Under the pieces are notes generated by a model, which had not been told where the DNA came from, searched no databases, and worked only from the letters and a program-made list of their open reading frames with translations. The translations under genes were made by a program, and so were the position numbers. From Candidatus Omnitrophota bacterium (GTDB lineage: Bacteria > Omnitrophota > Gorgyraeia > Gygaellales > Profunditerraquicolaceae), in the NCBI GenBank assembly GCA_028715415.1, contig JAQURX010000002.1, positions 119,144-183,143 on the forward strand: a stretch of 64,000 nt of DNA. The letters are read 5' to 3'. Shown piece after piece: positions 27,001 to 42,000 of the stretch; position 1 is the stretch's first letter; each line of letters begins with the position of its first letter.

Positions 27001-30000
27001 TAAGAGGTATGGCTGAGGGTGTAGATTTAGGAGAAGATGGCACAGGCAAGGTATTGGGCCTTGCTGGCGAGATATCCGGTTTATTTGAAGTAGTAATTAA
27101 AAGAGGAAGCACTTTAGAGAAAATAGCTTTAGGAGAACTAGAACAGATAAATAGGATAGTTTCTGATAAAACCGGAGTTGTTAAAGAATTTGACGCAGTT
27201 TCAAACAATACAGTTTATGAATTTAAATTTCATCTTTCTCTACGCAAGCTTTATCAACAGGTAATTGGAATTGATTCATGGCGGACACCTCATCTTGAAG
27301 TGCTTACGGATGTTAGGGAATTCAGTGGGGTACGAAATCTGGTTTATTTTGGAGAAACAGACGGCGGCAATGTTATTAAGGCTTTAAAAGAATTTATCCG
27401 AAACAATCCTGAAGTTTTACCACAATTTAATCTTACCGAAACTGGAATTTCAGTTAAATTAAATCTTGAACAGGTAAAAGAATTTCTTTTTTCCGATTCT
27501 ATAATCATGTTAGCAGGGGAAGAAGAATACCAGGGAAGATTTGCAGGATCTTTTGTTGATTATAAACGCCATCATGAATATACAGAAAAGCTTATTAGCA
27601 GAAAAATTAAGCAACTAAGAGGAGAAAAGTTTGACGTTATTATCGCAGTAGGCAATGTTAAACCGAAAGATTTAGAGCAGATTAAGGAAATGTCCAGAAC
27701 TAGACAACAAGAAGCTAAGCCAATAGATTCAAATGTGCTCATTAATAATTCTTATATAGCTATTCCAGTCGATACTCTGGCTAGTCCTTGTGGAGTTAAT
27801 GGCCCTATTTCTAATACAGAGTTCTCTGCGAATCTTCTATTCCAAGAAGTATATGGAGGTTCTTGCTATGAAAGCTCGCTTTGCTATAGCCAGACTCCTA
27901 TTGACCCTCAAATTATTACAGAAAACGCACAATTTATGTCAGATGCTAAGCTGACTTTTGAAGAAAAAGTAGATAAATTATTCGATCTTTTATGTACTGC
28001 ATTTATTCGGCCCGAATATGAGGCAGTTAAGCCTTTGCATCCGGGCTTGTGTTTCCGGTTAGCTGGATTTGTAGCTATATATTTTGCTGCAGCCGGCTAT
28101 TATGCATACAGGGTTAAGCAGAATGGACAAAACTTTGCAATTGTCTATGATATTGTTTCAAAGCGATATCATCTTATTGATTTTTCTGCAGCCCAATTTG
28201 TTTTAGGAGATGCCTTTGGGCATAATTATGGAGATAAATATAGGGCTTCTTATTTAGAATTAGCTACTGCCAATCCTTTTGTAGCCAATCGTCTCGGAAA
28301 ATATGCAAAAAATGGAAAGAGCAACTCTGTTTTATCCTGCTGCGCTCCTTTGGCTATGGCTTTTAGCAGCAACTTTGGTTTAACTAAAACAGTATTAGAA
28401 GCTGTAGGAATATTAGTTGCGGGGTTCATAGTATTATTTATTCTTTTCTACATATTCGCAGATAGTTCCATGAAAGAAGATCAAGCAGCAGGGAAGGGAA
28501 AACACCCGGATACTTATGAAAGAATTATTAATGTCTTAGATGGAATTGTTAATGCGATTCCCCGGGTTATTCAAGGTAAGGAAGGTATATCATTTTCTGA
28601 AACCTTAAAAGAAAAAGTTTGCATTGTCATTACACAAGAGAGAAATATGGCAAGCATTTTGGCAGCACGCAAAAAAATATGGCTTAAAGTGAATCCCGAA
28701 TTTGCCAGATATTTAAATAATAGCGCGCTTGCTTTTATGCTGGGACATGAGATGGCCGAAGCATGTGACTTGAATAGCACTTCGCGATATTTTCTCGATG
28801 TCGCAAGATCATTCTTGTGGCGTATTGCCAACTTGCTTATATTGTTTTCTCCTTTTGGTTTAATATTTATAGTTATTTCTCCCGGCTATTCTTCTGAGTT
28901 CTTTGCTATTTTGGTATTTAGTATAATACTCCGTCAAGCAATTAAATACTCCATGTATAAAAAAGAATTCAAGGCGGATAGTTTGGGGTATCTTTTCATG
29001 AAAAATGCCGGTTTTGATGCAAACGGAGCAAGAGATTTCTTTGAGGTTTATTCCAAATGTAAAATCAAATGGAATATTTATTCAATATTAGGCCTATTGC
29101 TCTTTTGGCATCATCCAACGATTAAAGCAAGGATCAAAAGCTTAGAAAGAAAACAAAAAATAGGCAGCTTAGTATTGCCGTCTTTGTTGTTTGTCTGCGC
29201 TCTTGGCTTGCTTTTCCTCAGCGGCTGCGGTACATCTCCGCATCATACAGCCTATACCATTCAAATTAATTCAATTATTGCTGGCCTTGGTTTATCGCAG
29301 TTAGGGTTTACTTCGCCATTTACGCATGTAGTTAATTTAGTCGGAATTGGATTATTATTGTCCGTATTTGCTTTTATGGTTTCGTCTAATTTACTTAGCA
29401 CTAGGGAGAGGAGTTTGGGAAGCGTAATTAACAGAGCTTTAAAGATAGGATTGCCTACAGATAGGGAAATTAGTGTTTTAGAGAGGCAACAAGAAGCCTC
29501 GATGCCGACATTGGATGATCTGTTGAGTGCTAAAGTAAGTAATCCGGTTGAAAGAACAGCATGGAAGAGAGCCTGTAATAAATTTATTGATGAAATGAAG
29601 CCTAGCAAAAAGAACAAGAGAGAATTTCGCGAGATCGTTGACGACTTTCCTTTTTATAAAAAACAGCTGTTATCGAGGCAAGTATTTATCAATAGATACC
29701 TTTCTTTGTTGATAAATGAAGCGAATGACTTAAAGTCGCTAAAGATAGCTTTTAGTCTTGTGGAGAATTATATGAGAAGTTTTAATGATTCAAATTATCT
29801 TAATTGTATGTTTGCTCATCAAGAATCTTGTAGCTTCATATTAGTTTTTCAGAGATTGGTTAATGCGGCTAAGAGTGCCGAGCAATTGAAAGTCTGGGCT
29901 TCTCTTGTTAATTATTTTATGAAGAAAATCTGCCGTTCGGAACATTTTGTTTTAAGCCTTTCAGTTTTAGCCAGGAAACTGAGAGATAAAGATATCAAAT

Positions 30001-33000
30001 TGCTTAGAGCTTACGCAGATCTAATTATGAGATACCTTAGGGAGAGCGATGATCCTATAAATAGTGTTCAGAGCCTTTTGGAGTTTCCCGAAGCTGTGCT
30101 TGATTTGGCAGTGTTAAATGCAGAGGTATTTTATGCGCCTGCAGAATTATGTTATCGCAGATACGATGAATTTACCGGTAGATATGTAAATGTTTTTGAT
30201 AAAGATGATTTTGAAAAAGAAGTAAAGTCAGGACGGGTAATAGATATAGGAGGGAAGTACTATTTTCCAATTAAAAATCCCTTCATTCCTTATGACAATG
30301 TTCATAATCGTGCCTTGCTTTATAATTCTCGAGGAGTGGACATCGTATACAAAGGAGCAGGTGCATCAGCAAGAATTGTAAAGCACGGATTAATTCTTAA
30401 CTTTAGCCATGACAAGAGCCCGCATATATTATATGGTGGGCTTCCTTCGTCCGAGGCAACCATAGATGTTGATGTTTCATTTAGAAAGGCTTACCAACAG
30501 CTTAAGGCTGAAGAAGACCCGGGGTTACTGCTTGCTGAAAGAAATGGCGCTCGTATCGATATGTATAGAAAACCGATAGCTATGGCAAGGCTTGAAGCAT
30601 TTCCTGTGGTTGTGCCGAATGGTAGCGTTAACGAAAAACAAGCCAAAGAATTATTAAAACATGCGGTTAATAAACCTGATTCACTTGGCCTACCGGAAAC
30701 TGTGAAGCTCATATTGGCGCAGCACTTCCTTAATTTTATAGGAATCCCTAAAGACAGCAAAGAAGAAAGGGATCCTACAGAATATATTTATAGTGTTCCG
30801 GTAAACCGGAGATATCAGGAAATGGATTCTCTGAAAGCTTACGGTCCGGTTTTTGAGTATTATGGTTATAAAGTTAAGTTTGATCGCAAGAAAGGAAGAA
30901 TCTATGCCAAGAACAAGCAAGGCAAGACTGTTGATTTCTCTTCGGTCAGGCGGCAAGTCGTAATTTCTGCTGCTGTCAGGTATGCCTTATTTTTGCGTAT
31001 TTTGCATAAGAAGTTTAATGGCTGCGGGTTTAATAAATATGGTTCGGTTTTTAGTGAGCATAACTGCAATCCTATCACAATATTTGATTATGATGTTATT
31101 AGATATAACGAATTAACCAAAGAAACCCGCGAAGGTGATTTAGGACAAGCAGAGGAGGCGTTGGCTAGGCTACATCTATTATATACAAGCGCTTTTCTTG
31201 GAGAAAAACGTGGTGATGATGAAGATGAATTATATGAGGATAAGTGGGCGAGCAAAAGAATTTTTGATGGAATATATAACGCTCCAATGGATAAAGGGAC
31301 CGTTTCTCAAGCTGAAGCTAAAAGTGCCCCCCTTACAGATAGGAGGAACACTTCTCCGAACGGCCCAAGAACCGGTCTCCGAACAGCTCAAGAACCGGTT
31401 TCTAAGGTTGTGGCTTTATTGCTTATGCTCGGGCTTTGCCTTGCGCAGTTAGGATTTACTTCGCCATTTACGCATATTCTTAATGTAACCGGTGTTGGCC
31501 TTATTATTCTTGGGCTAATTCTTGTTTTTTCCGGGCAATCTTTTGCGCAAAGCAATAGCAGTGCCTCATCCAATAGACGCCTTTTACAAGTCAGGAAGAT
31601 TGCAAATGTACTTAAAGATTTGAGATATCCGAAAGAAGGCATTAAAGATATTCTTCGTAAAATCACTCCTCTGGTTTCAGAAGTTAATCAGGCGAGGATT
31701 AATCTTAGTTGTGAAGATGATGGCCAACTTAAATCTGAGCTTAAGCGTTTGGTCGAGATTCTTAGATCCAATACCCATACAAGTTGGCTGCAATTAAACT
31801 TAATAAATGACTTAGTTGGTTTTGATATTTTTAAGGAGATAGATGGCTCAGTAGAGAAAGGTAATTCCGAAGAAGCAATGCGTAGAAAAGCGACTATGTT
31901 GGGGTGCGTGCCTCTTTCTCAGTTAATGTATGTAATTTTAAAATCATGCGGCTTGGAAGTATATGGAGCCATGACAATGAAACATGCATTTGCTTTAGTG
32001 CTTTTGGAAGATGGAGAAAAAGGCCTAGCAATTGACCTTCTTTTTGGCGTAGTAAGGAAAATTAATTTAAGTAAATATTATAACTACAATAAGGATACCA
32101 GAAGTTATATCCTTAAGCCTAAATTTGTGATGGCGGAAGAGGAAATTGAGGAGTTTAGAAAGAGTTTGGGGGAGGGTGAAATTAATCCTGAGAAATTATC
32201 TTCCTCTGAAAAAATAGGCTTTTTAAATTTAGTATGCCCATATTTCCAATTAACGAATTCTACCGGTTTATCTGCCGCTATTTATACTAACTCTGGGAAT
32301 GTTACTATAAAGTATGGCCTTGAGAAAGTCCCCTTTCAATCAGGTGGTTATTCCAGAGGGCAAGAATGTTTTTGTTTTTATGAACTGGCAAAGAACCTTG
32401 ATTTAATAAACGCTTTTAATAATTACAATCGTGGGCTTGCGGCTATGCATTTTGAAGATATGGAAGTCGCCCTTGATGCTTTTCAGCTTGTAATAGATGC
32501 TTTTCCTTGTTTTGAACCTGCTGTCGAAGCCTTTGAAAGAGTAGAAGAAAAACTTCAAGTAGAAGAAAATCTTCGTAATGGCGGAGATTTCTTTTCAGCG
32601 ATGGATTTTAATTCTTTTTGGGGGAATAGCTGTATTATTTCCCCGTATTTAATTTTATCTTCTTTAGGATTCAGATGTGGGATTGGTTCGCAGCAAACAG
32701 GCATTATCGAATCTCTCTGGTCAACGGGTCCGCTGTGGATGGTTGCACTAATGGTATTTTCTTTTGTTACATATCTATTCTTTGCAGGATCTTCGGGTGC
32801 ATTAACGAGGAACAATGCTCGTTCAAACGAAGAATCATTTGGCGTCATATTGGGATACGACTATGAGCGGTCAGTTATAAAGCCGTTATCACGCCAGTTG
32901 CAACAGCTTGCCCAAAATAAACTTAAACCTGTATTGACTATTAATGAAAAAGGATTAGCCGTAGCTGATTGGGTAAGCGATAAATTTAGAGAATACATTG

Positions 33001-36000
33001 TTTCCCGCAGCCATTCCATTCTTGCTCTATATAATGAGCTTATGCAGGCATTAAAGGAGAAAGGTTTTGCTCCGGCAACGGTTATAGTTCATTCTTCTTA
33101 TATCGTAGCAACAGAGGCTGAAACTTTTCTCGAACCAGAGTTAACCCTAGATACTTATGCTTGGGATAAACACGATAAAATTTATAATCTTTTACCTGAA
33201 CTCGCAGGGGGAGAAGAAATAGTTAGTTTTAGGGATTCAGAAGGCAGCCTTCATTTGCCTTTTGGGTATTTTATGCCCGATACAGGTTTTGCATTAACTA
33301 AATTAATGATGGCTGAGGCGAGTTTGGGCGCTTTAGCCAAGGACACAGCAGAATTAGAAGCATGCGCTCTTAATCATACTTACGAGGAGCTTTTTAATGG
33401 AAAAGATTTTACTTTTAAGCGTGATGATATTGGAGGAGATATTGACAAAAGCAGGATTTTGCCATTTTTAGCTTTAAAATATCATTTTGAAATCTTTTTG
33501 CGCAAAGTCTATGAGATCAGGAAATATCTTGAAGAAGGAGATCTTACAAACTTAACTATACTAAAAGAAGAAATGATTCAATTTATGGCTACGACAATTG
33601 GCGATTGTGGTTTGGATGAGAAGCAAATAGCTGAAAATTGGATAATAGATAAAGAAGTGACAGATGCAGTGCATAATTTTATTATTTCAGCCCGCGTAAA
33701 GAATGCAGGTGAACTTAAGCTTTCGGTAATTAACTCTGCTTTGCTTAACTTCTTTGCGTTTTTGTCTTTAAATGAATCCCCGCGAATTCCCGAGAATATT
33801 TCAGCCACAGATTTTAGTAAAACAACCGAGTTAGCAGCCCTAAAAAGCCATATTTTACAACGACAGGTAACAAAAGAACAACTCTTAAGGGAGCTTTTTA
33901 AGAGGAAGGTGGTTTATATTCTTGATGAAAAAAGGATGCGAGGCATCGCGGAGTTGTTAGGGGAGGTCCCTAATAATACCATGGTAGTTTTTCATGGTTT
34001 TTACTATGCGCTTAATTGCGGTTCTGGTATTGATGAGGAAAAAGTTAATCAGTCATTAAATGACTATCTTCAGAATGGGGATAATAAGTGCTTGGACGTT
34101 CCTTCATCTTTACAATGGGATGAAATTGCATGTGCAGCTTCAAGTTCTCTTAAAAAGGCTTTTGATTATTTGCATCAGCGCAATAGACGAGGCGCTAATA
34201 TAACTTATCATACTGATTTATCCGATTATTTATTCCAGACTATTAATAGTGTTACAGTTCCTTTTGGGGATAGGATAAGTAATTTTACAAATATTTTAGC
34301 TCAAAGTGCTCAGACAAGAAAAGCAGAGCATATATTAATACTCGGCAGCCGAAGGATGTTCCCGATGGACGAAGATTTCTTGAAACCGAGCAGGAACAAG
34401 CAAGGGCCGGTTGTTGAAAGATTAATTGAGGTTTTTGGAAGAGATAATGTAGCTTTAGCCTTAAATCTAATTTGTGTTGATTCAGAAGAAAACATTATTT
34501 CCCGTGCAATTTGGGGGAGTAGTTTAACTTCTTTTGCTTTAAGAGGGCCTTTGCCAGAAACTATACTTCCTGCGCCTATTTGGGATAAGGTTGGAGAAAA
34601 ATATATTTTTGGTAATTTCCCACAAGGTATTTTTGTCACTGCAGTTAAATCTGATGATGGCGATGATCGCAAGCCCGAGCCTGTAGCTCCAGATCCCGAG
34701 CCTGTAGGCGAGGATGCTCCTGTTGGGGATCTAGTTTTGGCGTGCCACACCTTGCCGGTAGTATTGTTATTAGGTTTATTAGGCCTTGGCGGATGCGGGG
34801 TCGTCTCTCATCATGCGTCCTACGTCCTTCAACAGGATTTAACTGTTGAATCCTGTTGGGCGACGGGGACGTTGTGGGTTGTTTTTGTCATGCTTTTTGC
34901 TGTGTCGATGATGTTTGCAGTGCCGGGAAATAATGGCCAATTAGGCAGAGTAAGTGGTAGTTTAAGTCTAGCCCATGCTTTAAGGTGCTCGTCAAGTTTA
35001 TATAGGTATAATGTGTCGGCAGGGGATATACCAGCTCAAGCTAAAGATAAAAGGCTATATTGGGAAAGAAAGATACAAGAGGCCCGAGACAGAAGTGATA
35101 GAAGTGGTTGGCAAGCGCTCACCACATTAAGCAGGTTAAATCATATGGAGTTATGGGCAAATTTAATAATAGATAGGGAGACCACCAGAGGATTATTGAT
35201 CTTCGGAGAAAGCACAAGTGGTAAATCAACAATTACTTCTTTGATGCTGGGTCTTAATCCAAAAAGTAAAGACGTTGGTTTAAGCAATCGTTGGATTCTG
35301 GGAGTAGATGATTTAGCTCAAGGATTCTTTGTAAAAGATAATTTGATAGCCGGGATGAAGCCTTCTTGTGATGGTAGGAATAGATGCAATTTAGAGGTGC
35401 CAGTAGAAGCAAAGCCTCTTTTTGTAGTTGTTGGCATGGTTGTGTTTTTAAATTTAAGATTCGTTCAAAAAGAGCCCATACTAAAAACAAGATTGACACA
35501 TATCCTTAGGGAAATGCACGAATCAAGTTATTTTGCTTTGACAGAAGATTTTTATAGAACACTCCCAATATTGCCTTTATTTGAGGCCCGGGTTTTAGAT
35601 AATTGTGGGCGTAGATGTGATTATCCATCTTTGGCTAAAACAATCGAAAAGACTTGGTTACAAGTTCCCGCAGTGGGGAATGCGACATCGAAAAGGTTAG
35701 CTTTGCTTAATTCTGATGCAGGGAGAAATCACTGGAACGCAACATTTTATTCCGTATTACCCATTATTTTATTCCCGCTAAGCCATTTGCAGATCCAAGA
35801 GCTAATTGAATCCCTCTGGTCAACCGGACCGCTGTGGGTGGTGGTAATATTATTGATTTGCACATTATTCTTCGCAAGCCCAAGCAGTAACAGTTTCCCC
35901 TTTAAGTCCGAAACAGTTTCTAAGAGGAAATTCTATGTAATATTAGAAGAGCATAATAGTATTCGCCTGCCTCCGGAATTAGCAAATAAAATCCTTCTTC

Positions 36001-39000
36001 TGTATCTGACTACACAAGATAGAGCATTAGTTTTTTCAGAGAATCGGAATCTTTTGCCGGATAAAGACTGGGTAAAAGTTGTTGCGGTTGCAGAAGAAGG
36101 CAGAATTTATCTTGATAAGAATTTAGTAAAAGGCCTGGATATAAGCGAAGAAAACGAAATCCCTCTTGTTTATTTAGAAGATAATAGCCCTAAAGATTTT
36201 GCACAACCTCTGCCTATTCGAAGTGCAGATAAGCCGGTTGAGAAAGAAAAGTTTTCCATCAGGCGTCTTGTGTATGGACAACTTTTGGAGTGGACTGAGA
36301 ATTTGATGGTAGAAGATACGCAGTATCAGAAAGTAAGCTCGCCGAGTAGAGGGGGAGAGGAAAATACTGTTTATATTTTTGTAATTGAAAATAGCACTCC
36401 TGAGAAAATAGCCGGCCATGTACAAGTTGTAATCAGAAATAATGACAAATCGTTTGAACGCGGCAGTAACTGGGTGCATCCTTCGCGGGAAGATAAGGCA
36501 AGCATAGAAGAAAAGTTGGATGCGGCTTACAATAATTTTGTTAAAGAGTGGCCGACAATGATGGCAGGGAAGTTAATAAAAATGTTCCTGCGCACGAGCT
36601 GTTTAATTGTATTTGCGTTATTCGCGCTTCTCTATTTAGGCGGATGCGATTTGTTTGTCCTTAGCTCACATCCTACGGAAGCCGACTCTTGGGCATTTGG
36701 TGGGCATTTATGGAGATTATTGCTGGCATCATTACTCGCAGGCGGGTTTAGTTTTGCGGGGATTCATTATGGTTTTGGCAGTGCAAGCGCGAATTCCGCA
36801 AAGCCAACCGTGGTTCATATTATGAGTAATCTTGGGCGAGGTGGAGCGGAAAGAAATACTTTGAATCTGGTAGCAGGATTGAATAAGCAATTGTTCAAAA
36901 TTATCCTTCTTGTCTGCTCTGATAATTCAGAGTATCCCGAAGAGATAAATGAAGCTATAAACGAATACGGAGTAGAAATCCGCTATTTGCCTGAAATGGC
37001 AAAACGAAGAAAACTACCTAAGGGGATTTCTTATATATATCACCGAATATATAGAGTAGTTTATTTATCCAATGTTTTAAAGAAGATAAATCCGGATATT
37101 GTGCATACCCATTGTTTCCATATGGGATTTTTAGGAGGAGTGGCTGCAAGGTTAGCCGGTATAAAAATAATAGTCTCAACCCCTCATTCTGAGCCTCCCA
37201 AGTGGCGTTATTCCTCACAAGGCAAGAATAAAGCAAGTTTGGCTTTTATGGATAGAATAATCGCCCGCGTTAGCCATTTCATCATAGCTATATCACATAT
37301 TGAAGAAAGCCGGCGCAGAGAACAAGATTTTAACAGAGTCGCAGTAACAACAATTTATCATGGTATTGACCATAATAAATTCCTAAAAGATAGTTCAGTT
37401 AAGGTTAGAAATGAATTGCAAATTGATTCTAATGCTATTGTAGTGGGTACAGTTGCTAATTTGTTTGAAGTTAAGGGTTATCCTTATTTGATTCAAGCCG
37501 CAAGGGAAGTGGTTAATAAATTTCCAAAAACAGTTTTCCTTATTGTCGGCGAAGGCGATATGCGTAAAATCCTAATGCAACAGGTGGAGAGTTTGGGGCT
37601 AAAAGAAAATGTTAAATTTTTGGGGCGCCGTGAAGACATCCCCGAAATTCTTTCAGCTATTGATTTGTTTGTTCTGCCTTCTTTAAGCGAGGCATTCGGT
37701 ATCGCAATTATGGAGGCAATGATTGTCTCAAAACCTGTAGTCGCCACTAAAGTAGGCGGGATCCCTGAATTGGTTGTTGATGGTAAAACGGGGATTTTAG
37801 TGCCGAACAAAAATTCTTCTGCATTAGCAGATGCGATTTGCTTCCTCTTAAAAGATAGAAAGAAAATGCAGGAAATGGGGCAAGCCGGAAGAAAACGGAT
37901 TATTGAAGGATTCTTATTGAGCCGCATGGCTAAGAAATACGAAGCAGTATATTTAGGCTTACTAAATGCAAGAGCACAGAAATTGCCGATTACACCGGGT
38001 GTATACACATTTGGGAATAATGGAAAATTTTCGCCGGATAATCATTACTCAACTATACCTAAAGCCTGCGGGTTAGGGATTTATGAAGGTGGAAGAATTA
38101 AGCCGGATGTTGTGCTTCAGGCGGAAAGTAAAATCGCAAACGCAACTACAGCAAAACTATTAACCAGATATCAAGATTGTCCTGAACTTGGCCCTCAGTT
38201 AATTGAGCTAGTCCAGGGAATTTTAGGCAGGCATAATAATCTTTATGTAATTAATGATGATCAACCATTTATTTGGCATAACGGCAACAGGTTCTTATTT
38301 AGTTATGTAAAAGGGCACGATATCCATCTTACATTAGGGTTTATTAAAACAATTATCGCTGTAAATAAAATGAATCTTTTTGCTACGTTATTAGAATTTG
38401 AAAAGATGAATATTGAAGTTAAAAATGAAGATATTGAGCAGGCAGAGAAATTAGCCAGAGAAATTCTTCATGTTGTTCTATCTCATGCTATTTTCTGGAC
38501 AAGCCCCATTGCAGCTTTGGTTACAAAAGGACAGTCCCACGCAGTATCTGAATTGATAAATAAGGTTAAAAAAGATGGCGCGCATATCTATGCTGCGGAT
38601 ACAAATGGAGAATTGGCAGAAGCTGTTTTAGGAAAAGTTCCTGAAGTAAGCGGGCAAGCCTGGCGCGTGCACGCTTTGGATTTAGGAACACAGTTTTATC
38701 TTTATGATGATGGTAGGGATTTTAGAGTTTATGGATATGTTTATTTGGATCCCGAAAAAGCCAAGGAGCATCTTCGTTATCCGCATATCATAATTACGAA
38801 AGCATTATGGGAGAGGTTTAAAGAAGGTAAGATTGATCTAATTGAACCGGTTTGTTTGACTTTGCATGCGGTTTTTGCAGAGAAAAAGTGCGATGCAAGA
38901 GTAAAAATAGAAATTGATATAAAAGAGGATGCTCTCCCGATAGGGGAATTCTTAAAAGAAGTACAGCTAGATCATCCTGCAGATGACGTTGTCCGGGAAG

Positions 39001-42000
39001 AAGAAAAACAAGAGTCTGTGACACCTACTGTTGTAGCCGAGGCTATTGAAGAGAAGCCTCAAGTTGCCTGTGAAGCATTAGGAATAGTGGTTGTGGGGGT
39101 TAAGATTATTAATGATTTAATCTATGGCCGAAGAAGGATATCTTTAGAGTTTAAGAGAACAGGGGTGGTTAAGGATGAGGAAGGCCAAGAGGAAGAAGGT
39201 GACGTTCCTCAGAAAGGCGAGCTTAGAAGTGTTGAATTAATTGTGGATGACCCGGAATTTAAAAACAAAAAAGAAAACAAAGAAAAGATCTGGCGGCCAA
39301 ATGAACCGATTACCGAGTTTTTTAGTAATAAGACAACATTTGATAGTAAAAGATTGCTTGCTGCTTTTGCCGATCGCGAAGAAGTCTCAAAAGAATTTAT
39401 GACTCATTCAAGTATATGGCAGAAACTACTTGCTTCGCCAGTTGTAAATATATTGCCTAAGAAATGGAAGAGCCTGCTTGTTTCAATCATGTTATTAGTG
39501 TTAGGGCTTACTTCAACTGGAAATGCTCAAGGCTTAAATTCTTCAATCCCAGGATCTTCTTGGCCCGGATATTTTATTCTTGTAACCGTTTTGCTTGCGA
39601 TAGCTTTATTGTGTGTTAAGCCATTATGGGCAAATGAGCCAAGAGAAGGTTTTAAAAAAGAAGATGAAATTAGTTTGGGGCTTCGTATCAAAAGAGCATT
39701 GCAAGAACGCAAACAGGAGGAATTCAATGATATTTGGATTAATTTGCGAAGGCGAGGATCAAAAGAGAGCCAGATTGTACAGAATCTCCTTAATTCTCAT
39801 TATATAGATATTGATTCGCTCTTTACTTTTTTTGTGTGGTCATTGGGAGAGGTGCATATTAATGTAAAAATACAGGAAGGCCTCAAGAAAATTAGAAAGG
39901 AAGCTGTTTATGATTATATTAAAGAGTTCTACCTGCCTCCTGTAATTAATGGTCTTTTGCCATTCACATTCTTGTCCCCTATAAGGTTCATAAGCCTAAT
40001 TGAGAGGTATCTTAAATATGTTGAAGAAATCTTATCCTCGGATGATCAATATATGGAGCAGTTATTTATTGATGCACTTGATTACATGATTACCTTTTCG
40101 AGTATGGGCAGAGGGTTTTGCCCTTCGAACCCCTTAGTTGAAGATGTAAGGCGGATAAAATTGCAGTATATCAAAGAAATGATTATATTTGTAAGTACAG
40201 CATGTAAAGGGAACGGAAGAAACTTAACGGAAATTTTTCAAGAGTTAGTTGAATTGATTATCGCAATCGAAAAAGTAGAAGACATTGGTTTACTCCAAGA
40301 GATAAATGATATTGTGAATAATATAAGGAAGCTATTTGCATTAAATGATGAGCGTAATACATTTGACCCGCACCGTGCAAAATTTGAGATGCATCCGGAT
40401 GAAGAGCAGGTTGAAGGAGATATGAGCAGGTGTAATGAAGATGTTGTGAAAGATGGATATATTCTTGGTGCGGTTAACGAAGCTATTGAACGGGTGGCTG
40501 ATAAAGATAATAATGTAAAGGCTGCTTTAGAGCAAATCCGCGACACAATTGTTATCCGTGCAGGCCCCGGCCTTACCTATATATGGGCTACATACCGCAA
40601 TAATATCTTCTACATAGACAAAGACCTGCTTAGCAACCAATACTTACGTTTTGAACTCCTAGTTACACTTATTCACGAAGCAAGAAAAATCGCTTATCCT
40701 GAAGCAAAAGACCATGAAAATGAAGTATTTGCGCAAGAATGCGTGAATTGGTTGCGTGAAGCCATAGGGATTGAATTGATTGTTAAGGATCATGGTGCAC
40801 ACAGAGAAATAGGCCAGGATGGTAAATTGCGTTTTGTAAATGGTAGGTTTGAAGATATTATCCCTAGTCTGCCGGAATATGCCGCGCACGGTGTTACCGC
40901 CATTATGTTTCCGGACGTTAATAAACATGCTCCGCAAAGCGTCTTTGAGATTATTGATCCTTTTGAAGTTAATCCCGATTGCGGAACCAAAGAAGATTTA
41001 AAGAGGCTTCTTGATGTTGCGCATAGTTATGGGATTAAGGTGATATTCCCTGCTATCTTAAATCACGTTTCTTTTGAAAGCGAGCTTTATTTAAAGGCAC
41101 AAACAAGCGGCGATAAAAGTTTCTTTATTACAGATGCAGACGGCCAGATTGTGAAGGCGACGGATAGGCGAGAAAAAGGTGAGTATTTCTGGACATTTGA
41201 TGCAGCTCAATTAAATTTAACGCATCCCGAAGTAAGAAAGTATCTTTTAGATGTTGTGAGGTATTGGATTAGCTTTGGTTTTGATGGGCTTTGGCTTGAT
41301 GCGGCAAGCGCTTTATTAAAGAAAAATGTTAAGAGGAATTGGCAGGATTTACTAAGAGGGGTGGATAACATTGAAAGAAATATGCCGGATGAATTTATCC
41401 CTGAAATAATTAGAACCATCCGGGAAGTCAAATTATCGGCAAGGGTTATGGCCGAGTGTTACGATGTTTTTGACCGACCAGATATGGAAGCAATGGGTGT
41501 TGATTTAACCATGGATTTTGAGGCAATTGAAGCGATTGTACAGTGTTATACTCGTAACAAAGATAACTATCCTTATTTCCTGAGAAAACTTTTAGAGGAA
41601 GATGCAGTAAGGCCGGAGCATGAAAGAATTAGGTTTGACCGTAGGCATTTTGCCCGTGTTAACCATGATAAATTGGAGTTTTGGAATCGCCAGGGGACAT
41701 TAAATAATTACGAGGCTATTTTTACCCATAGTATTCTAGGCGCTTTAGGCAGTTCACTCTGGCTTTGTGAGGGAGAGTTTGAAGGTAGAGGTTATCGTTA
41801 TGATAGGATGGGGGTAGTTCCGCTTGGAGATACATTTAAGAGAGAAAAATTAGGGGATTTCTTAAGGCGCTTATTGCCTATTATTAATCAGCCTGTATTT
41901 AAACACGGAAAATATCATTATCTTTGGCCAAATGCCCGTAACCCTGATTGGTCTCCGGTATGCGCCTTCGTCAGAGTGTATAAAGATGAAATCGTAATTA

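Noticed and set aside
28730-28770. 'GHEMAEA' as an HEXXH zinc-metalloprotease motif
   Set aside because: The fifth residue is Glu, not His, giving HEMAE. No downstream third ligand is recognisable, so the motif is not supported.
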